Shown here piece by piece: positions 26,786 through 40,472 of a stretch of DNA of 64,000 nt (positions are counted from its first letter, which is position 1; each line of letters opens with the position of its first letter). A model generated the notes under the pieces. The model was not told the DNA's origin and did not search any database. It worked only from the letters and a program-made list of their open reading frames with translations. The DNA is from the human T2T-CHM13v2.0 reference genome, Homo sapiens: the NCBI GenBank assembly GCA_009914755.4, contig CP086569.2:7296001-7360000 (forward strand), written 5' to 3'. Position numbers and translations under genes: made by a program.

Positions 26786-27262
26786 AAGATAGCCAAGACC
26801 AGGGAGTTTTATCTTTTCACTTCATCCTCACAATCCTATGTTACAGGTAAATGAAAACACAACTTCATAAATGAATAACTCACTTGAAAATCAACGTTTG
26901 TAACTTTCCCTTTAAAATTATTTACACCCTTACCCTAAAAAAGTGATGATCTTCTCTAAATTTTCTCAAGAAAATACTTCCTTCTTGTAGATTAGTCTGT
27001 TAATTATAAGAATCATAGACTGTGAAACTTCTGGAACTACATGTATTTCTGGAACTTCATGAAAACACATGAATTAACCAGGACAATTAATTAGTTTAGT
27101 TATTTAGGTCCAAATCTTTTTATTTTTATCATTTGATGATTTCTTATACCTTTAAGCAATCTCATCTGAAACTTTATGCTGTTGTTTATGTTTTATACAC
27201 TTCACTTTCCCAAAAGTACGAGGTTTAAGTGTTTCCATTCATATCATCAATTAAATCTGATA

Positions 27263-27552
27263 GGCTGAGAGTGGTGGCTCACGCCTGTAATCTTAGCACT
27301 TTGGGAGTCCAACTAGGGTGGATTAGGATTTTAAGACCAGCCTGGCAAACATGGTGAAACACTGTCTGTACTAAAAATACACAAAATTAGCCAGCTGTGG
27401 TTGCACACATATCTAATACCAGTTACTCAGGATGCTGATGCAGGAGAATAGCTTAGACTTAGAAGGCGGAGGTTGCAGTAAGCCAAGATGGAGCCACTGC
27501 ACCCTAGCTTGGGCAACAAAGCTACGCTCCATCTAAAAAAAAAAAAATAGGT
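27263..27552 (+). mobile_element. Alu (older), sense
   Basis: ggctgagagtggtggctcacgcctgtaatcttagcactttgggag... through ...ctccatctaaaaaaaaaaaaa. Confidence 0.85.
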
Positions 27553-28439
27553 AAAATCCCAACCATTCTAGATTTTTCCCATTTGTAAGAACTTATTACT
27601 AAACCATTACTTACAACAACCATTGTCAAAACTTTCATGAAAAAATTAACATGAGTACCTCCCAAGACAAAACACTTACTTTCCACTATTTAAACTAGGA
27701 ACATTTAATTTCATTATGCTATGCACTTGAGAAACTTAGCTGGTTCACTTTTGATTTAGGTAAAAAAGAATTTTCATTACTATTATCCTCCTTCAGTCAC
27801 AGAATGCTGCAAGTAGAATGTTCCAGATATCTTAAACTTTAGTATCAACCGCATCTAATTATTTCCTTTCACCTACACTATTCCTCTAAAAATAAACGTT
27901 TTATTGTGAGACAGATAGTTTTGTAGTCTTTCTGAAAACTTCTCAAACATTTTAAGCTTGTACGTTTTTAAAGAGAAACAGCCTAATTAGAAAACTTGTG
28001 CAGCTTGCAAGAAGACATAACATATGCCTAATTTTGTATCTATTCATGTTAAAAGAAACAAAGGAAAATATTCAACAACACAATTTACTCTCCTACTGAA
28101 TTTGTTTTTAAGCATGTGCAGCTAAGCAATAACACCAGCCATTTTGCATTGTAAAATTTTATTCTGAAAATTTTAATGTAGATATTACATCTAAACAGAT
28201 AGTTTTCAAATAGCATTAACAAGTAGGAAATTAATTTGAAAAAAAAATCCTTTTCCTTTGAATACTTCAAAAAATTCATGGGGGAAGTTAGTATCTACCT
28301 CTCTCCACAAAACCAACATGTTTCTTTTAGTAACACGCAGGTAACAATGCAGAAATAACATGTCAATTTTTGATTTGCAAACAAGGTTTGGTATGCAATA
28401 ACTATTATTTTGAATACTTGCTTTAATATCTGCTTCGGT

Positions 28440-28722
28440 CTCCTTTTTCAGATCAACTTTCCCCATCATCTCCTATAGATGCCACATAACTTGAGCTCCA
28501 TATGCTTCACGAGGAGCAGGGTGCAACCCATCCAGAGAAGATGGATTCCTTTGGTCTTTTCTACCAACATGCTCATGACCACAAGAATCAAAATCACCAC
28601 AGCTCCTTGAGTAACTCTCTGACTTTTGCCATATCTATCTCGTGTATTATTATAATCATGGCGGGTGCTTCCACCATAAGACATCCGAAGCCCTCGTGCA
28701 GGTGGTGCACCATGAGAGGTCC
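28440..28722 (-). pseudogene. RBMY-like terminal coding exon (disabled)
   Basis: Acceptor ccctgcag then [35 protein letters not shown]. Frameshift, then [41 protein letters not shown]...*. RBMY1A1 has [77 protein letters not shown]. The 1-bp frameshift sits between RYGKSQ and ESYS. Confidence 0.85.
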
Positions 28723-29129
28723 CTGCAGGGTTGATAAAATAATATGTTCGACTACATTTAAACATTTTTACTGCTATCACTAAAGCATGAATTAGTTAAA
28801 GTACTATTTGGAAATGTGTGCTTTCCTCTGCCTTTGTTGATAGGATATTAATTAAGCCTGCAATAGTAGGTCTTATTTAAAAGAAGTGTAAGTATAGTAT
28901 TTTGAAGCTGGACAAGTTTAATTCTAAAGTAAAGGTTGAGTCACATTTTCTAAACTTGAAATGAAGTTCTCACCTTCATATCGTTCCCTATGTTTTATAT
29001 TGTTAAGAATACTCAATATTTAAACACGTTATATTTGTCCTTCCTAACTTTCCTTAGAATTTCATTAAAATAACAATCTGGTCTATTAAATATAATTCTA
29101 TAATTTACAAATCCATCCAGGATCCTTAC

Positions 29130-29223
29130 CATATCTCTGAAATGCATCTCTATAAGAACTTCCACTTAGATGTTCAGAATGATCTCTACCATAGCCCTCA
29201 CCGTAGCCACCACAATCACTAAA
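29130..29223 (-). pseudogene. RBMY-like exon
   Basis: Acceptor tttttttag, then [32 protein letters not shown], then donor gtaagg. RBMY1A1 has [31 protein letters not shown]. Confidence 0.85.
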
Positions 29224-29308
29224 CTAAAAAAAATAGAAAAGTTTTCTTAATGTCAGAATGAACAATTTAAGAAATCTATTTATTAAAGCCAGATGACGTT
29301 ATAGTACC

Positions 29309-29418
29309 TACATCCTCTAGAGGAATGTTCATCCCGACTAGAGCGACCATAATCACGATATGCATAGTCTCAAGGTGGTGGAGCATAATCCCTGGTTTCT
29401 CAGGAACTTGGATGATTT
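29309..29418 (-). pseudogene. RBMY-like SRGY-box exon with two in-frame stops
   Basis: cacag|[34 protein letters not shown]|gtactat. RBMY1A1 SRGY box is [38 protein letters not shown]. Confidence 0.85.
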
Positions 29419-29589
29419 CTGTGTGCATAAGTTTAAGCAACCAATTTTGAAATTTCAACTTCTAGTATCCAAAACATCACTAAGTTACAATTAAAACCAA
29501 ATTAAAGGGCCAAACATCTAAATAAATTTCACTCCAAATAAAATAGGCAAATGCCCCAAAATCACATGGAACAGATACTCATAATCAGT

Positions 29590-30180
29590 GATGCAGAAAA
29601 ATCCATTTCAAATCCAGAATGAGATACTGAGAGGTGACAGCGTACTGGCAGCCCTTGCAGCCTTCGCTGGCTCTCGGTGCCTCCTCGGCCTTGGTGCCCA
29701 CTCTGGCGGCGCTTGAGGAGCCCTTCAGACTGCCGCTGCACTGTGGGAGCTCCTTTCTGGCTGGCCAAGGCTGGAGCCGGCTCCCTCAGCTTGCGGGGAG
29801 GTGTGGAGGAGGGAGAGACGCCGACGGGAACCAGGGCTGTGCTCGGTGCTTGTGGGCCAGAGCGAGTTCCGGGTGGGCGTGGGATCGGTGGACACCGCAC
29901 TGGAGCGGCAGGATGGCCCACAAGCCCCAGGCAGTGAGGGGCTTACCACCTGGGCCAGCAGCTGCTGTGCTCCATTTCTCGCGGGGCCTTAGCTGCCTCC
30001 CCGCAGAGCAGGGCTCGGGACCTGCAGCCGGCCATGCCTGAGCCCACACCCCGGCCCCGCTGCCCTCCCCCTGCCACCCCGGGATCCCCTCCCCCCGCCA
30101 GCCCCGGCTCCCCTCCCCCTGCCCCCCCTCCGCCCTCCCCCTGCCAGAGACCACGAACCCACCAGAAGGAAGAAACTCCG
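29590..30180. other. Unclassified GC/CpG-rich segment ending in a degenerate (CCCTCC)-like C-rich tract; lies in an RBMY-pseudogene intron
   Basis: Sharp GC jump: ...gcccactctggcggcgcttgaggagcccttcagactgccgctgcactgtgggagc...ccccgccagccccggctcccctccccctgccccccctccgccctccccctgcc. Reminiscent of a composite retroelement (SVA/LTR-like) but no consensus recalled. Confidence 0.3.
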
Positions 30181-30189
30181 AATACATCC

Positions 30190-30437
<248 letters not shown>

Positions 30438-30517
30438 CTACACCAATTACCTGCTCTTTTGCTTGAAAACTAGGGGAAAAAAGAAATTATCATAGATTAG
30501 TATACATAAGTCAACAT

Positions 30518-30562
30518 TATCTCCATACGTACCGCAAAGCCATGAACCAAAAGCTATTCTTG
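30518..30562 (-). pseudogene. Candidate RBMY-like internal exon fragment
   Basis: - strand AVVETKNSFWFMALR then donor gtacgtatgg; weak match to RBMY1A1 SAVARSNSWMGSQGPM. Low confidence. Confidence 0.35.
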
Positions 30563-30934
30563 GTTTCTACCACAGCTTAAAACACTAATTTATAAGAGTG
30601 ACTACAAATGTACTTTCTGCTATGTGCCAGAAAGTGAGCTAGATGTAACAGAAAGAGAAGCAACTAGCAAGACTTAAATATGCACTATATACAACTTCAC
30701 AATCAATAGATTAATACATGGTACAGTGAGTACAAAATACCTATGTTATGCAATGAGGAAGAAAATATGAAATCTAAGTGGTTTTTGAAGCATAAATTTT
30801 ATTTATGAGACACACACAGGGAAGGATAATTCTCAAGAAGTCTAAAAAAGCACTTTGGGGATAGCGTGAAGACTAACAGGACCTAAAAACAGATTGGGAT
30901 GTTATTTATTATTATTTTTATTTGTTATTTTTTT

Positions 30935-31213
30935 TAGATGGCGTCTTGCTCTGTCCCTAGCCTGAAGTGTAGTGGCATGATCTTGGCCACTGCAACCTCC
31001 GCCTCCCAGTTTCAAATGATTCCCCTGCCTCAGCCTACTGAGTAGCTGGAACTACAGACACACACCACCATGCATGGCTATTTTTTTTTGTATTTTAGGA
31101 GACGGGTTTTCACCATGTTGGCCATGATGGTTTTGTTCTCCTGACCTCATGATCTGCCCGCCTCAGCCTCTCAAAGTGCTGGGATTACAGGCATGAGCCA
31201 CCACGCCTGGCCT
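30935..31213 (-). mobile_element. Alu (AluS-like), antisense
   Basis: ttttttagatggcgtcttgctctgtccctagcctgaagtgtagtggcatgatc... through ...gctgggattacaggcatgagccaccacgcctggcc. Confidence 0.9.
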
Positions 31214-32045
31214 GATTGGGATAATGTTACACAGCAAAAAAGCTCTAAAGGGCCCATAATGGAATGATCTTGACTAAAGTGTAAAGGAATTCAATAGTTA
31301 CTTGAATTACATGAAAGTTTAAAGCTTTAGTAAACACACAATCCCAGATTTAAGACTCAGTAGGACAAGAGACCATTTGCTGGATCAAACAAGTCCTCAA
31401 CACACAGGGGAAATGAGTAATTAGGTATTCATGTTACATAAATCACTCTGGTGACAGGAAAAAAAAAATGTCCTTAGGAGAAAAGAGCAAGGATGGGGCA
31501 AAAATGCCAGTTACTTCTGTTATACAACTTCAAAGTTCTCATATTATTTTCTATTTTCAAGTACTTAACACTTCCTTAAATGTAAAGGTCTTATTGAAAT
31601 ATACTTTCTTAAGAATGTGTTTTCAGAAAATGGGAGACAATCTTTCTTTCTTGTGAGTCTGTCTAGATATCTATCCACAGTTTGACTATGCTATAGAAGT
31701 ATTTCCATGAGTTGGAAGTAATTACATTAATGGCATTTAATAAATGTTGACTTATCTCTTTCATTTACATGAGGGTTCCTTATAAGTTTTAAAGCTCTTT
31801 GAAACCTGTGAAAATCTATTTACACTCATATTGGAATACAAACATAGAAAAATGTTACCATATATTAATTTATGTAATGTTAATTCCAATACCCTTCCAA
31901 CTACACTCGCATGTATATAGCACAAAGAAGAGGATGGCTTCATATGGCATTCTACTATCTTCAAAATTTAGTAACATTAAAAAGACCTAGAAATACTGTT
32001 AATTGAAGAACAGAGTTAGAATATTATTAATAAGGGACACTTAAC

Positions 32046-32137
32046 CTTTCCATTCATATCTTTGTCAGCATTCTTAGCATCTGCAGCGTTCTCAAAAGTA
32101 ACAAATGCAAAGGGTCTGGAGATTTGCTGCTTCAATC
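32046..32137 (-). pseudogene. RBMY-like RRM exon with stop codon and frameshift
   Basis: KD*SSKS, frameshift, then [24 protein letters not shown]|gttaagtg. RBMY1A1 has [31 protein letters not shown]. Confidence 0.85.
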
Positions 32138-32649
32138 CTTTATGAAAAGAACTAAAATATATAAAAACATTTTACATTCATATAATGGACTCACCAAGGT
32201 AGTAACCATCTGAAAGTTACATGAAACCAAAAAATAATTGCATTTCACATCACTACTATGATTCTTAATACTAAGTCACCCCTATAGTCAGCCTATTTTT
32301 TCCAATTTGTTCCCTAACTCCATAACACATTTACTTTTTCTCATTTTCCTTTCTAAGTAGTAGGTGATCCTTACCACATACCCTTCACCTGCTGCTATGA
32401 GAATTTTCCAAAAATCAAATAGATACTTCAAGAGTTTAAATTTGATAAGGCATTTTAATGTATGTATAAAATGAACTTTAAAATATATATATATTTTCAA
32501 AATATATGTAACATACATATTTTAAATATACATATTGAAATATATATATATATGAAAATACAAACACACACACACAGTTTTAAGAGTTACCGTCTGATAC
32601 CAGACCATGTTTCACATCTTTTCATTCGTTTTAAGTATCTTTTCATTGG

Positions 32650-32712
32650 TTTTTCTATGTAGGCCACCAATGAAAAGCTTGCCAAGATGATCTGCTTTTA
32701 CCACTGTTGTGT
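32650..32712 (-). pseudogene. RBMY-like first coding exon; ATG lost
   Basis: [24 protein letters not shown] vs RBMY1A1 [22 protein letters not shown]. The codon at the Met position reads gtg/aca. Confidence 0.85.
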
Positions 32713-33084
32713 AAAAGGTAAAAAAATTATCTATACTTAGATAAAAATAAATAAGCTAAAAAGATAAAATTTTATTACACACTGTGTTGAAAACTCAAGT
32801 AAAATTCCCTTTCAAAGGCTGACATCTTTTTAATATTTCTTATTTTCAATATGTAAAATTTGTAACACACAGAGCAAAAGGAGCACTGACTTCGTGAACA
32901 AATGCTGCATTTTAATATGTACCTGACAAAATCTTGTTTCTAAAAATTGGATAAGAAAAGCTATTGTAATTTTCCTAAGTTACAATATGAACGATGCCCT
33001 CATTTAAACAATTTTATTTGAAAACTACATATTTATGAGGTACAGTTTGATGTTTTGTGTATTTTCTTTCTTGAGATGTTTATC

Positions 33085-33335
33085 ACCTGTTGCCAAAGTG
33101 CGTGGCTCACTGCAGCCTCCTCCACCCAGCCTCAACTGATCTTTCCACGTCTCATTTTCCCAAGTAGCTGGTACTACAGGGACTTTCTCCCAGAGCTGGG
33201 CAATATTTTTGTCTTTTTTAAAATAGACATGAGTTTCCTCATATTGCCCAAGCTGGTCTCCAAATCCTGCGCTCAAGTGATCTGCCGGCTTAGGACTACC
33301 AAAGTGATGGGATTTCAAGGGTGAACCACCATGAC
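33085..33335 (-). mobile_element. Alu (old), antisense
   Basis: ttgccaaagtgcgtggctcactgcagcctcctccacccagcctcaactgatc...caagtgatctgccggcttaggactaccaaagtgatgggatttcaagggtgaaccaccatgacc. Confidence 0.75.
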
Positions 33336-33539
33336 CAGCATAATATTTTGATAAAAGATTAAATCAAGCTAATTAAAATATTCTTGGGGAAGAGCATTTT
33401 AAATATTTTACCATATTTTAGTGTTCTGAAATATACAATAAGTCAAGGATCGCTAAACCTGGCCTTCAACCCGTACCTATCTGTGGCCTGAATGTAATGC
33501 CTGAGGATGACCTAAGGTGGTACATTTTCATCTGGAAAA

Positions 33540-33730
33540 CATCCTCTCTATTCCCCCGCTGCCCCACCCTGCCCCTGTGGCAGCCCCGCAGCCCCACCTG
33601 TCCCCTGTCACACTGCTCCCACCAGAAGCCCCGTCCCACCAGTTGCCCCTCGGGGCCCTGCCACCAGCCCCCCACTGCCAAACGTGTCCATCTCTACACC
33701 TTCTTCCCCTGCACAACCCTTGTCTGAGGA
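33540..33730. repeat. C-rich (CCCCAC/CCCCTG-like) low-complexity tract
   Basis: ccccgctgccccaccctgcccctgtggcagccccgcagccccacctgtcccctgtcacactgctcccacc... Confidence 0.7.
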
Positions 33731-33794
33731 AAAATTGTCTTCTACTAAACCAGTCCCTGATGCTAAAATGGCAATAGATTAAAGGAGTCAATTA

Positions 33795-33900
33795 TGTTAC
33801 CAAGGCTGGTCTCCAACTCCTGACCTCAAGCCATACTCCTACCTCCACTTCACAAAATGCTAGAATTACAAGAGTAAGTCAGTGTGCCAGGTTAATGGAT
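33795..33900 (-). mobile_element. Alu fragment, antisense
   Basis: tatgttaccaaggctggtctccaactcctgacctcaagccatactcctacctccacttcacaaaatgctagaattacaagagtaag. Confidence 0.75.
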
Positions 33901-34699
33901 AGTTAAGCGCATCTATTTTGTTCCCATTGTAGGCTATCTAACTCCATTTATCTCGATTATGCCCACTTATTCACTTTACGTTATTTACCGTGCTAGAGAC
34001 ATATGAAACATGTTTCAAATACTGTCATACAAGGAAGGAGACAATTACAGGCTTTACAGAGGCAAATTTAAACTGAGATTATTTATGGCCCCAGACTTCT
34101 ATATACACTGAAGTAACACAATTTATGTCAAAATTTGATAATTCCTGCCAAGCAAATCAGACATGTGACATGTGCTGACTAAAAGTATAAGTTTTTAATC
34201 ACAGTGGTTAAGTATATTGCCTGTATTTTGAATTATGACCACACTTACAGAGAAAAACTGCTTTAATAAAAAGTGCATATGAAAACAATGGCGCCTTAGC
34301 ACCATCTTCCACAACTTGCCCACATGTCGTACATGTCCGACAGCTAAAGGTAGAATCCTCAAGAAAAATCAATGAGTTTAACAAAAATGAGTTTCTTAAT
34401 AGCACTTAAGTGTTCTCTCCCCACTGTCTCCTCTCATAATTCGACACTCACACATAGAAAACCCATCCCCTTTTACAGATAAAATCCCAAACCTTTGCTT
34501 TCTATTCTTGCCGAAAGCAAACCTGTCCAGAGAAAAAGAAATTACAGGTGCTTTTCAGTAAGACAAACAACCTGAGGGTTGCCCGGCCCTCAGGTCACAT
34601 GCATCTGGCTTTGGGTCACCACAAGGCCAACTGCGGGAAGGACACCTGGAGCTGGCCTGAGCTGGAAGGACACTAGAAGCCATGCCCGGAAATCCCACC

Positions 34700-35559
34700 T
34701 ACTTCTAGCGGCCAATCATTGCCACGGCGGTGGGCTTCAGCCAATTATTGTGAGGGTGGTAGGTGTCTCCCGAGGTGCCCCACCCCTGGCTGGCCTGCAG
34801 CTCCATCCTTCCGTGGTTATAAGCATCAATACAGCTTGTGCAGGGCGGCGGTGGATTCAGGCACACGCGGACTGTGAGCCCTTTGGAAATGTGGGCATGG
34901 AAGACGTACACCCTAACTGGCATCCTGAGTGTGGCGAAGCATTGACCCACACGGAACACATGAAACATCTCACTACATTAGACGGGCTAGGCAGATAGTA
35001 CTGAATATTGCGATCCACAGGGGAGAAAGAGGGACCAGCTCTGCCTGCTTGGGAGAGGGCATTGGCGATGGCTTGGAGAGAGTGGGGCAGGGCGGATCCT
35101 TGGGAGGAAAGTCGACTGGTACGTTGCTGGGGTGGAATTCGTCTGCACCAGAAGATGAAAACCGCAACGACTCTTTAATATCTAGGCAAATACAGGCTCC
35201 GAGTTCCATGCTTCCTCCTTGAGGATGGTGTACTCACAGGGGCATTGCAAAGGACCTCTTATCCTCTGCCCTGGGCACACGGGAGTCCAGCCAACATACT
35301 CGCCAATCCAATGACCCTTTGCAGTGCCTTCTGGCGCAGAGGGTCCCTCAAGTGCAGCAGTGGCCGTGGTGCCTACTAGCAGGGCTCTGGAAGCACAGGG
35401 CCTCGGCTTCCGACTCCAGGGCTGCTGTGCACAGCTAATACTGCTGGGTATCTGGGCCCCATGGCGAGTGTGTGGCAGGCTGCAGGACTGCGGGGCTCCC
35501 CAGGAACCCTGCATTCACGTAGGTGTTCTCAGTAGGGCAAGCCCCGTGGGCCTCTCTGG
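34700..35559 (+). promoter_or_regulatory. TSPY-type upstream/promoter-like region of copy 2; homologous to the 46233-47149 intergenic block; contains a CCAAT motif
   Basis: cggccaatcattgcc...ggcctgcagctcc...tgtgggcatggaagac...cattgacccacacggaacacatgaaacatctcact matches 46300-46560. Regulatory function is inferred, not shown. Confidence 0.4.
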
Positions 35560-38400
35560 GAGCTGACCCAAGTGTCTAGGGGTGCTGGGGTGTGGGGTGG
35601 GTGGCACAGGCCTTAGTCTGTGGGAGGCTCAAGGAGGGCACTGTGTTAAGGCGGAGGCTCTGCAGGAGAAACTGTGCACAAAGCAGGGAGGCAACCCTGG
35701 GGGAAGAGGCATGCTACTTGGGGCTGACATCAGAGATGGAGGTGGTGGCCAAGGAGGAGGCCAATGTGGAGTGGTAGCAGGAGGACGAGCAGACATATCC
35801 TGGCCCTGGCCCTGGTACACCCCGGCCGGCAACGGAATTGCTGGACGTCCTTCACCTGGAGCTGGGCTCCGTGAATGCCACAGGCCACAGGGCATCCCCC
35901 GTTTCTGGGCCAGAGCCATATCCTTGAAGCTGCCAATTCAGGATGGCTGGCAGCAGTGGGTGGGCACCGAGCTCCCGGGAGCAGGGTTGGGGGAAACATG
36001 GTGGTCGGCACTGGGGGTCAGCCAGGATTCAGGACATGGGGGACAATGAGGGGAACAGAGGACAGGCTCATGCAGATAGAAGGGCAGCTTAATTGCAGGT
36101 GCCTTCAGGGCACATGGTAGGGACAGGAAGCCAAGCACAGCACTCACAAAGGTGAAGAGCAGCGCAAAGGACGGTTCATAAACGGCAGAAAGTTGAAGGA
36201 CATGTTTCACTGGGAAAGTTCCTGGAGGAAAGGGAGTCTTCATGCCCATGACAGCCATGGAACTACCCCCGCACCCTGTGCCTATGTCCAGCAGACTCAC
36301 CCCAGAAACACAAGGTGCTCAAGACTGGGGTTCACAATGTACTGGGCTGCCATGTCTTCTTCAAGGCAGTCACCAGCTCCCCAGACATGATTTCTTCCCT
36401 ATGCCAGCACTGCTCCCGAAGATGTTTAGGCCCTGAGCATATATAACCTCTGTTGAAAACACTTGAGCCCCATGGGGAGAGCCAGGCACAGCTCTGCAGC
36501 CACTTCTACATACAGCTGTTCCATCACGTGGACGCGCCCATCCCTCAGGGAGACCAGGAGAAGGGCAGACCACACACCCAGACAGCAGCAGAGCCTGTCC
36601 AGCACCCAGCACAAGAGGGCCTCCTGCAGCTCAGGAGCCCTGAGCAAGTAGCCATCTCACCCCACAACACCCTACCCCTGACCCCCTGCCCACTTCTTCT
36701 GTGCCCACCCTTGGTAAGAGCAGGCTGTTTGGGCCTGCCTCCATTCGCCAATAAGACCACCATAGCCGTGACAGTGCCGCGCACACCAGACAGAAACAGA
36801 GGACCTGGAAGTGAAGGTGCCAGGCCAAAGGCCTGGGGAATACCCTGCCCCACACTCTCCATGCTCTTGCAAAGTTGCAGCGTGTCTCCTTACACACCCA
36901 CTCAATCATCTAGTGGCTCCTTGACCAGAGGCAGATTGTGTGGCACACCCAAGCTGGCCGGGATCACAAATGATGATGAAGTCCTTCTAAGCTACATGAT
37001 GGATTTGCAGGTCAGGTTAAGGAAACTGGGTCTGTGGGAGGGTTCCAATGTCTGGGTCATGTTGAGGTTCCCTTGGGGCCTGGAGGTGTCTCAGCAGGAT
37101 TGCTGGGAAGGGGAAATGCATGCTTTACCCCAGCTAGCAGGTCACCTCAGCCTGGCTACATGAAATGGTCCTTTAAGTCCATCCTTTTTCTCCTTCTTGG
37201 CCAGGTAGGGGAAGGAAGTCACCCATCCCAGGTACCGGCAGCAGGATGAAGTTTTCTTTTCATCACAAACTATATTTCCACAATGACGTGATCATTCAGG
37301 AGTTGGCATCTTCAGTAAGGAGTGTCTCCCAGTGTGGTAGAGGAGGTTGTGTGTGGGTGGGTAGGTCTGGCATGAGCCTTCCTGACTCCTCTCTCTCCAG
37401 GACACAGGATGTCTCATTCCCTGCAGTCTAGTGGTCGTGGGATCATGAAGGTCAAGCCTCCAGCTGTAGGCAGTACAGCTCCTACCTGAGCTTCTTCAGC
37501 TGGTTGGCTGACCATGACTGCCCAGGTTCTAGCAGGATTGCTGAGGTGGGAGCCGAGGTAGGGCATCACGGGAAAGGATCTTGCTGCTCATTCCTTGGCC
37601 TCTGGGGAATTGGCTTTGAGCCATGACCTGAACTAACCTGTACCCACTTCTGCAGTCCGGCAGATCATCAGCCAGGGCCTGTGGCTCAATCTCTTGCAGT
37701 ACTTCCGGAGAGAGGGAGGCTATTAGAGAGCGAACAGAGAGCAGGCCCGGTGAGAAGTCTAGGGCTGGGGATTGAGAGAGGCCTTTGATTCCTGAAGTTG
37801 TACCCCACAGGGAGAACCTGAGCCTCAGGAAGGCGACTGCAGTGAGCAATCCCAGGCCATCCATGGGCTGGCAGAGAAATGGCCATCAGGAAACTATAAC
37901 ACCACATTTCAGGATTAGGGATCCTTAAGCTGCCTAAGAGGCATAAGTGTCTAAGATCAGTGGGTGAGAAGCGAGGCTCAAGGAGTAGCTGTCTCATCAT
38001 CCCTTGATGGCTCCCCTCCCTGTCCTGAGGCTAGCTACCACTTAGGGCTCAGTTTGGGCTCAGCAAGGGCCCTCTCAGCCTCCATGCAGATGTCCTGCAG
38101 AGGCCTGCGTCTACGTCCTCCGAGAATGGCTCTCCCAGGCCCATCATTTTCTGTTACGATGACCCTGGGTTTCCCTGACATGCTTTCTCCCCTCTGCCAT
38201 CCTCATTCACTCAGGCCCTGCCTACCCCCAGAAAAGACATGCCAATGCACAGGGAATCTGGATGACCACACAGGGCTTACAGGGGAGGAAATGTGAACAG
38301 ATGGTAAAATGGAAGGGGACCTTCTGTGTGTGTCCAGGAAGGCAATCTGGCTGGGCATTAAGGCACACCTCACTATTGGTGAGGACACCCAGTGTCTCTT
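35560..38400 (+). pseudogene. TSPY-family pseudogene, copy 2, highly diverged
   Basis: Exon-1-like ...GQCGVVAGGRADISWPWPWYTPAGNGIAGRPSPGAGLRECHRPQGIPRFWAR with embedded stop. Exon-2-like NDDEVLLSYMMDLQV (TSPY1 DEDEDMLSYMVSLEV), exon-3-like HKLYFHNDVIIQE (SNPYFQNKVITKE), exon-4-like and exon-5-like (IISQGLWLNLLQYF vs ILCKDLWRNPLQYY) follow in order. Shared 3' flank. Confidence 0.7.
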
Positions 38401-38439
38401 TGTCCAGAGAATGTGCACACAAACACACATATTGTCTAA

Positions 38440-39890
38440 ATGGGATTGACATCAGTACTACCTAGTGATCTACAGATTCCATACAATGCCTGTAAAAATA
38501 TCAATGACCCACTCTTCACAGAAAACCAATCTGAGAATCCTAAATTTGCTATGAAATGGCAGAAGATCCTGAAGACCCAGGGCAATCCAGTAAAAAGCAC
38601 AAAGCTGGAGGCATCACACTACCTAACTTCACAATCTACTACAAAGTTTTATGTACCAAAATAGAACAGCACTGGCAGAAAAACAGAGACCTGAGCTAAT
38701 GAAAAACAACAGAGGCCCAGAACTAAGTCACTGCATTAGTAGCTCATGACCTTTTCCCAAAGAAGCAAGAACACACAATGCAAAATCAAGTATCTTCTAT
38801 AAACTAGGTTGGGGAAAACCTAAATATCCACATGAAGGATCTTAAAAGTAGATTATTTCTCACCAAACTCCATTATCAGACCTGAAACAATAGAAATACC
38901 AAAAGAAATCACAAAGAAGAAGCTCCATGACATCAGTGTGGGCAATGATGGTATCAAAGTGACTGCAAGAGCACAGTAAATACCATCAAAAATAGAGAAT
39001 GTCATTATATCAAACTAAAGTGCTTCAGCACACCACAGGAAACTAAACAGAGGGAAGGGACATCCTACAAGATGGGTGAAATTATTGGATCACCATAGAG
39101 CTGTTAATGGGTGAATATTTACTGTACATGAGGAATTCCAACAACTCAATAGCATGAAAACAAATGGGCTAAAGATGTGAATACTTTTTGTGAAACAAAG
39201 ACATACAGCTGCCCAGAAGACACATTAAAAAGCACTCATCATCCTTAATACATTAGGAGAATGCAAATCAAAACCACAATGAGATTTCATCTCACTTCAG
39301 TCAGAATGCCTATTATCCAAAAGATTTTAAAAAAGCTCATTTCTGGTAAGCATGCAGAGAAAAGGAAATTCTTGCACACTTTTGGTGAGAATGTAAATTA
39401 TGGCAGGCATGGCAAGAAGCTTTAAGGCTTTTATTTAAGTAGAAAGAGGCTTCACAAATCTACAAGTAGAACCACCCACCATATGATCCAGCAAATCGGA
39501 ATACCGAGGAATACCCACAAATACACAAAACAGTATGTTGAAGCGGTGCATGCACCGATGCAATTTTTGCTGCACTATTTACATTTTTGCTGTAGCCAAA
39601 ATACAGAAGCAATCTGAGTATCCCTCAGTTGATGAGTGGATAACAAATGGGGCACATATGCCCAATGGAAAAATGGGCTGCTATAACAAAGAAGGAAATC
39701 CTGCCAGTTGTGACAATGCTTGTGAATCTGGTGAATGTGTGCATGCCATTTTGTTAAGTGACATAAGCCAGGTATCAGAAAGGCAAATAGCACATGACCT
39801 CATTCCTATATGAAATCTAAAAAGCAGACCTCACAGAGGTAGTGACTCCAACGGCTGGGGTGGTGTTTAGTGAAGAGGGTGCTGAGGAGA
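38440..39890 (+). mobile_element. Older L1 (L1PB/L1MA-like) ORF2 3' portion, sense, degenerate
   Basis: + frames give ...HQKWRMSLYQTKVLQHTTGN..., ...IRRMQIKTTMRFHLTSVRMPIIQK... and ...FAALFTFLL.PKYRSNLSIPQLMSG.QMGHICPMEKWAAITKKEILP..., matching L1 ORF2 [23 protein letters not shown]...FIAALFTIAK. Confidence 0.8.
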
Positions 39891-40472
39891 TGTCGGATCA
39901 AGAATTCATATTTCTAGTTAGAATGGAGGAATAGGTTAAAAACCTTTTCTAAAGCATGCTGACTATAACTAGTGATAACACATTCTTTCTCTAAAAAATT
40001 CTAAGAGAGTTCATGTGAAGTTTTATCACCACAAAAATAACAAGTATATGAGGTCATGCATGTGTTGATTAGCTGGATGTATCCAGTGCATAACATACAT
40101 GACCTTTTGAACATCACCCTATAAGTTATACATATGTATCATTTCATATGTCAATTTAAAAAATAAACATACAATTTTTAAAATTCCTTAAGAGAATCAA
40201 TGTTGATAAACTATTTTATTATAAAGAAGTGCTTTTCTTTTCTACCTGTATCAATGTCTTTTTCATGACACAGGACAGAATGCAACGTAGTTTGGTAAGT
40301 TAAAAAATATATATAAAAATAAAAATAAATCCCAATGTAGATGATCAATGAAAGATAGAAATCACAGGTCCATAGACTATATAGTACATGAACGGAAACC
40401 TTCACTGCATGTTTCAAAAGAAGACGTGAGCAGGCAGAAGGAAAAAGCAAAAAACTCAAAAAGCCATTCCAG

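Noticed and set aside
33480-33730. C-rich tract as possible proline-rich coding exon
   Set aside because: Low-complexity repeat with no splice-site context or homology. It translates open in several frames only because of composition
36453-37163. 236-aa + strand ORF within TSPY-like copy 2
   Set aside because: It spans what are intron-equivalent and exon-equivalent segments of the TSPY unit in a frame that does not follow TSPY homology, so it is an open frame by chance in GC-rich sequence
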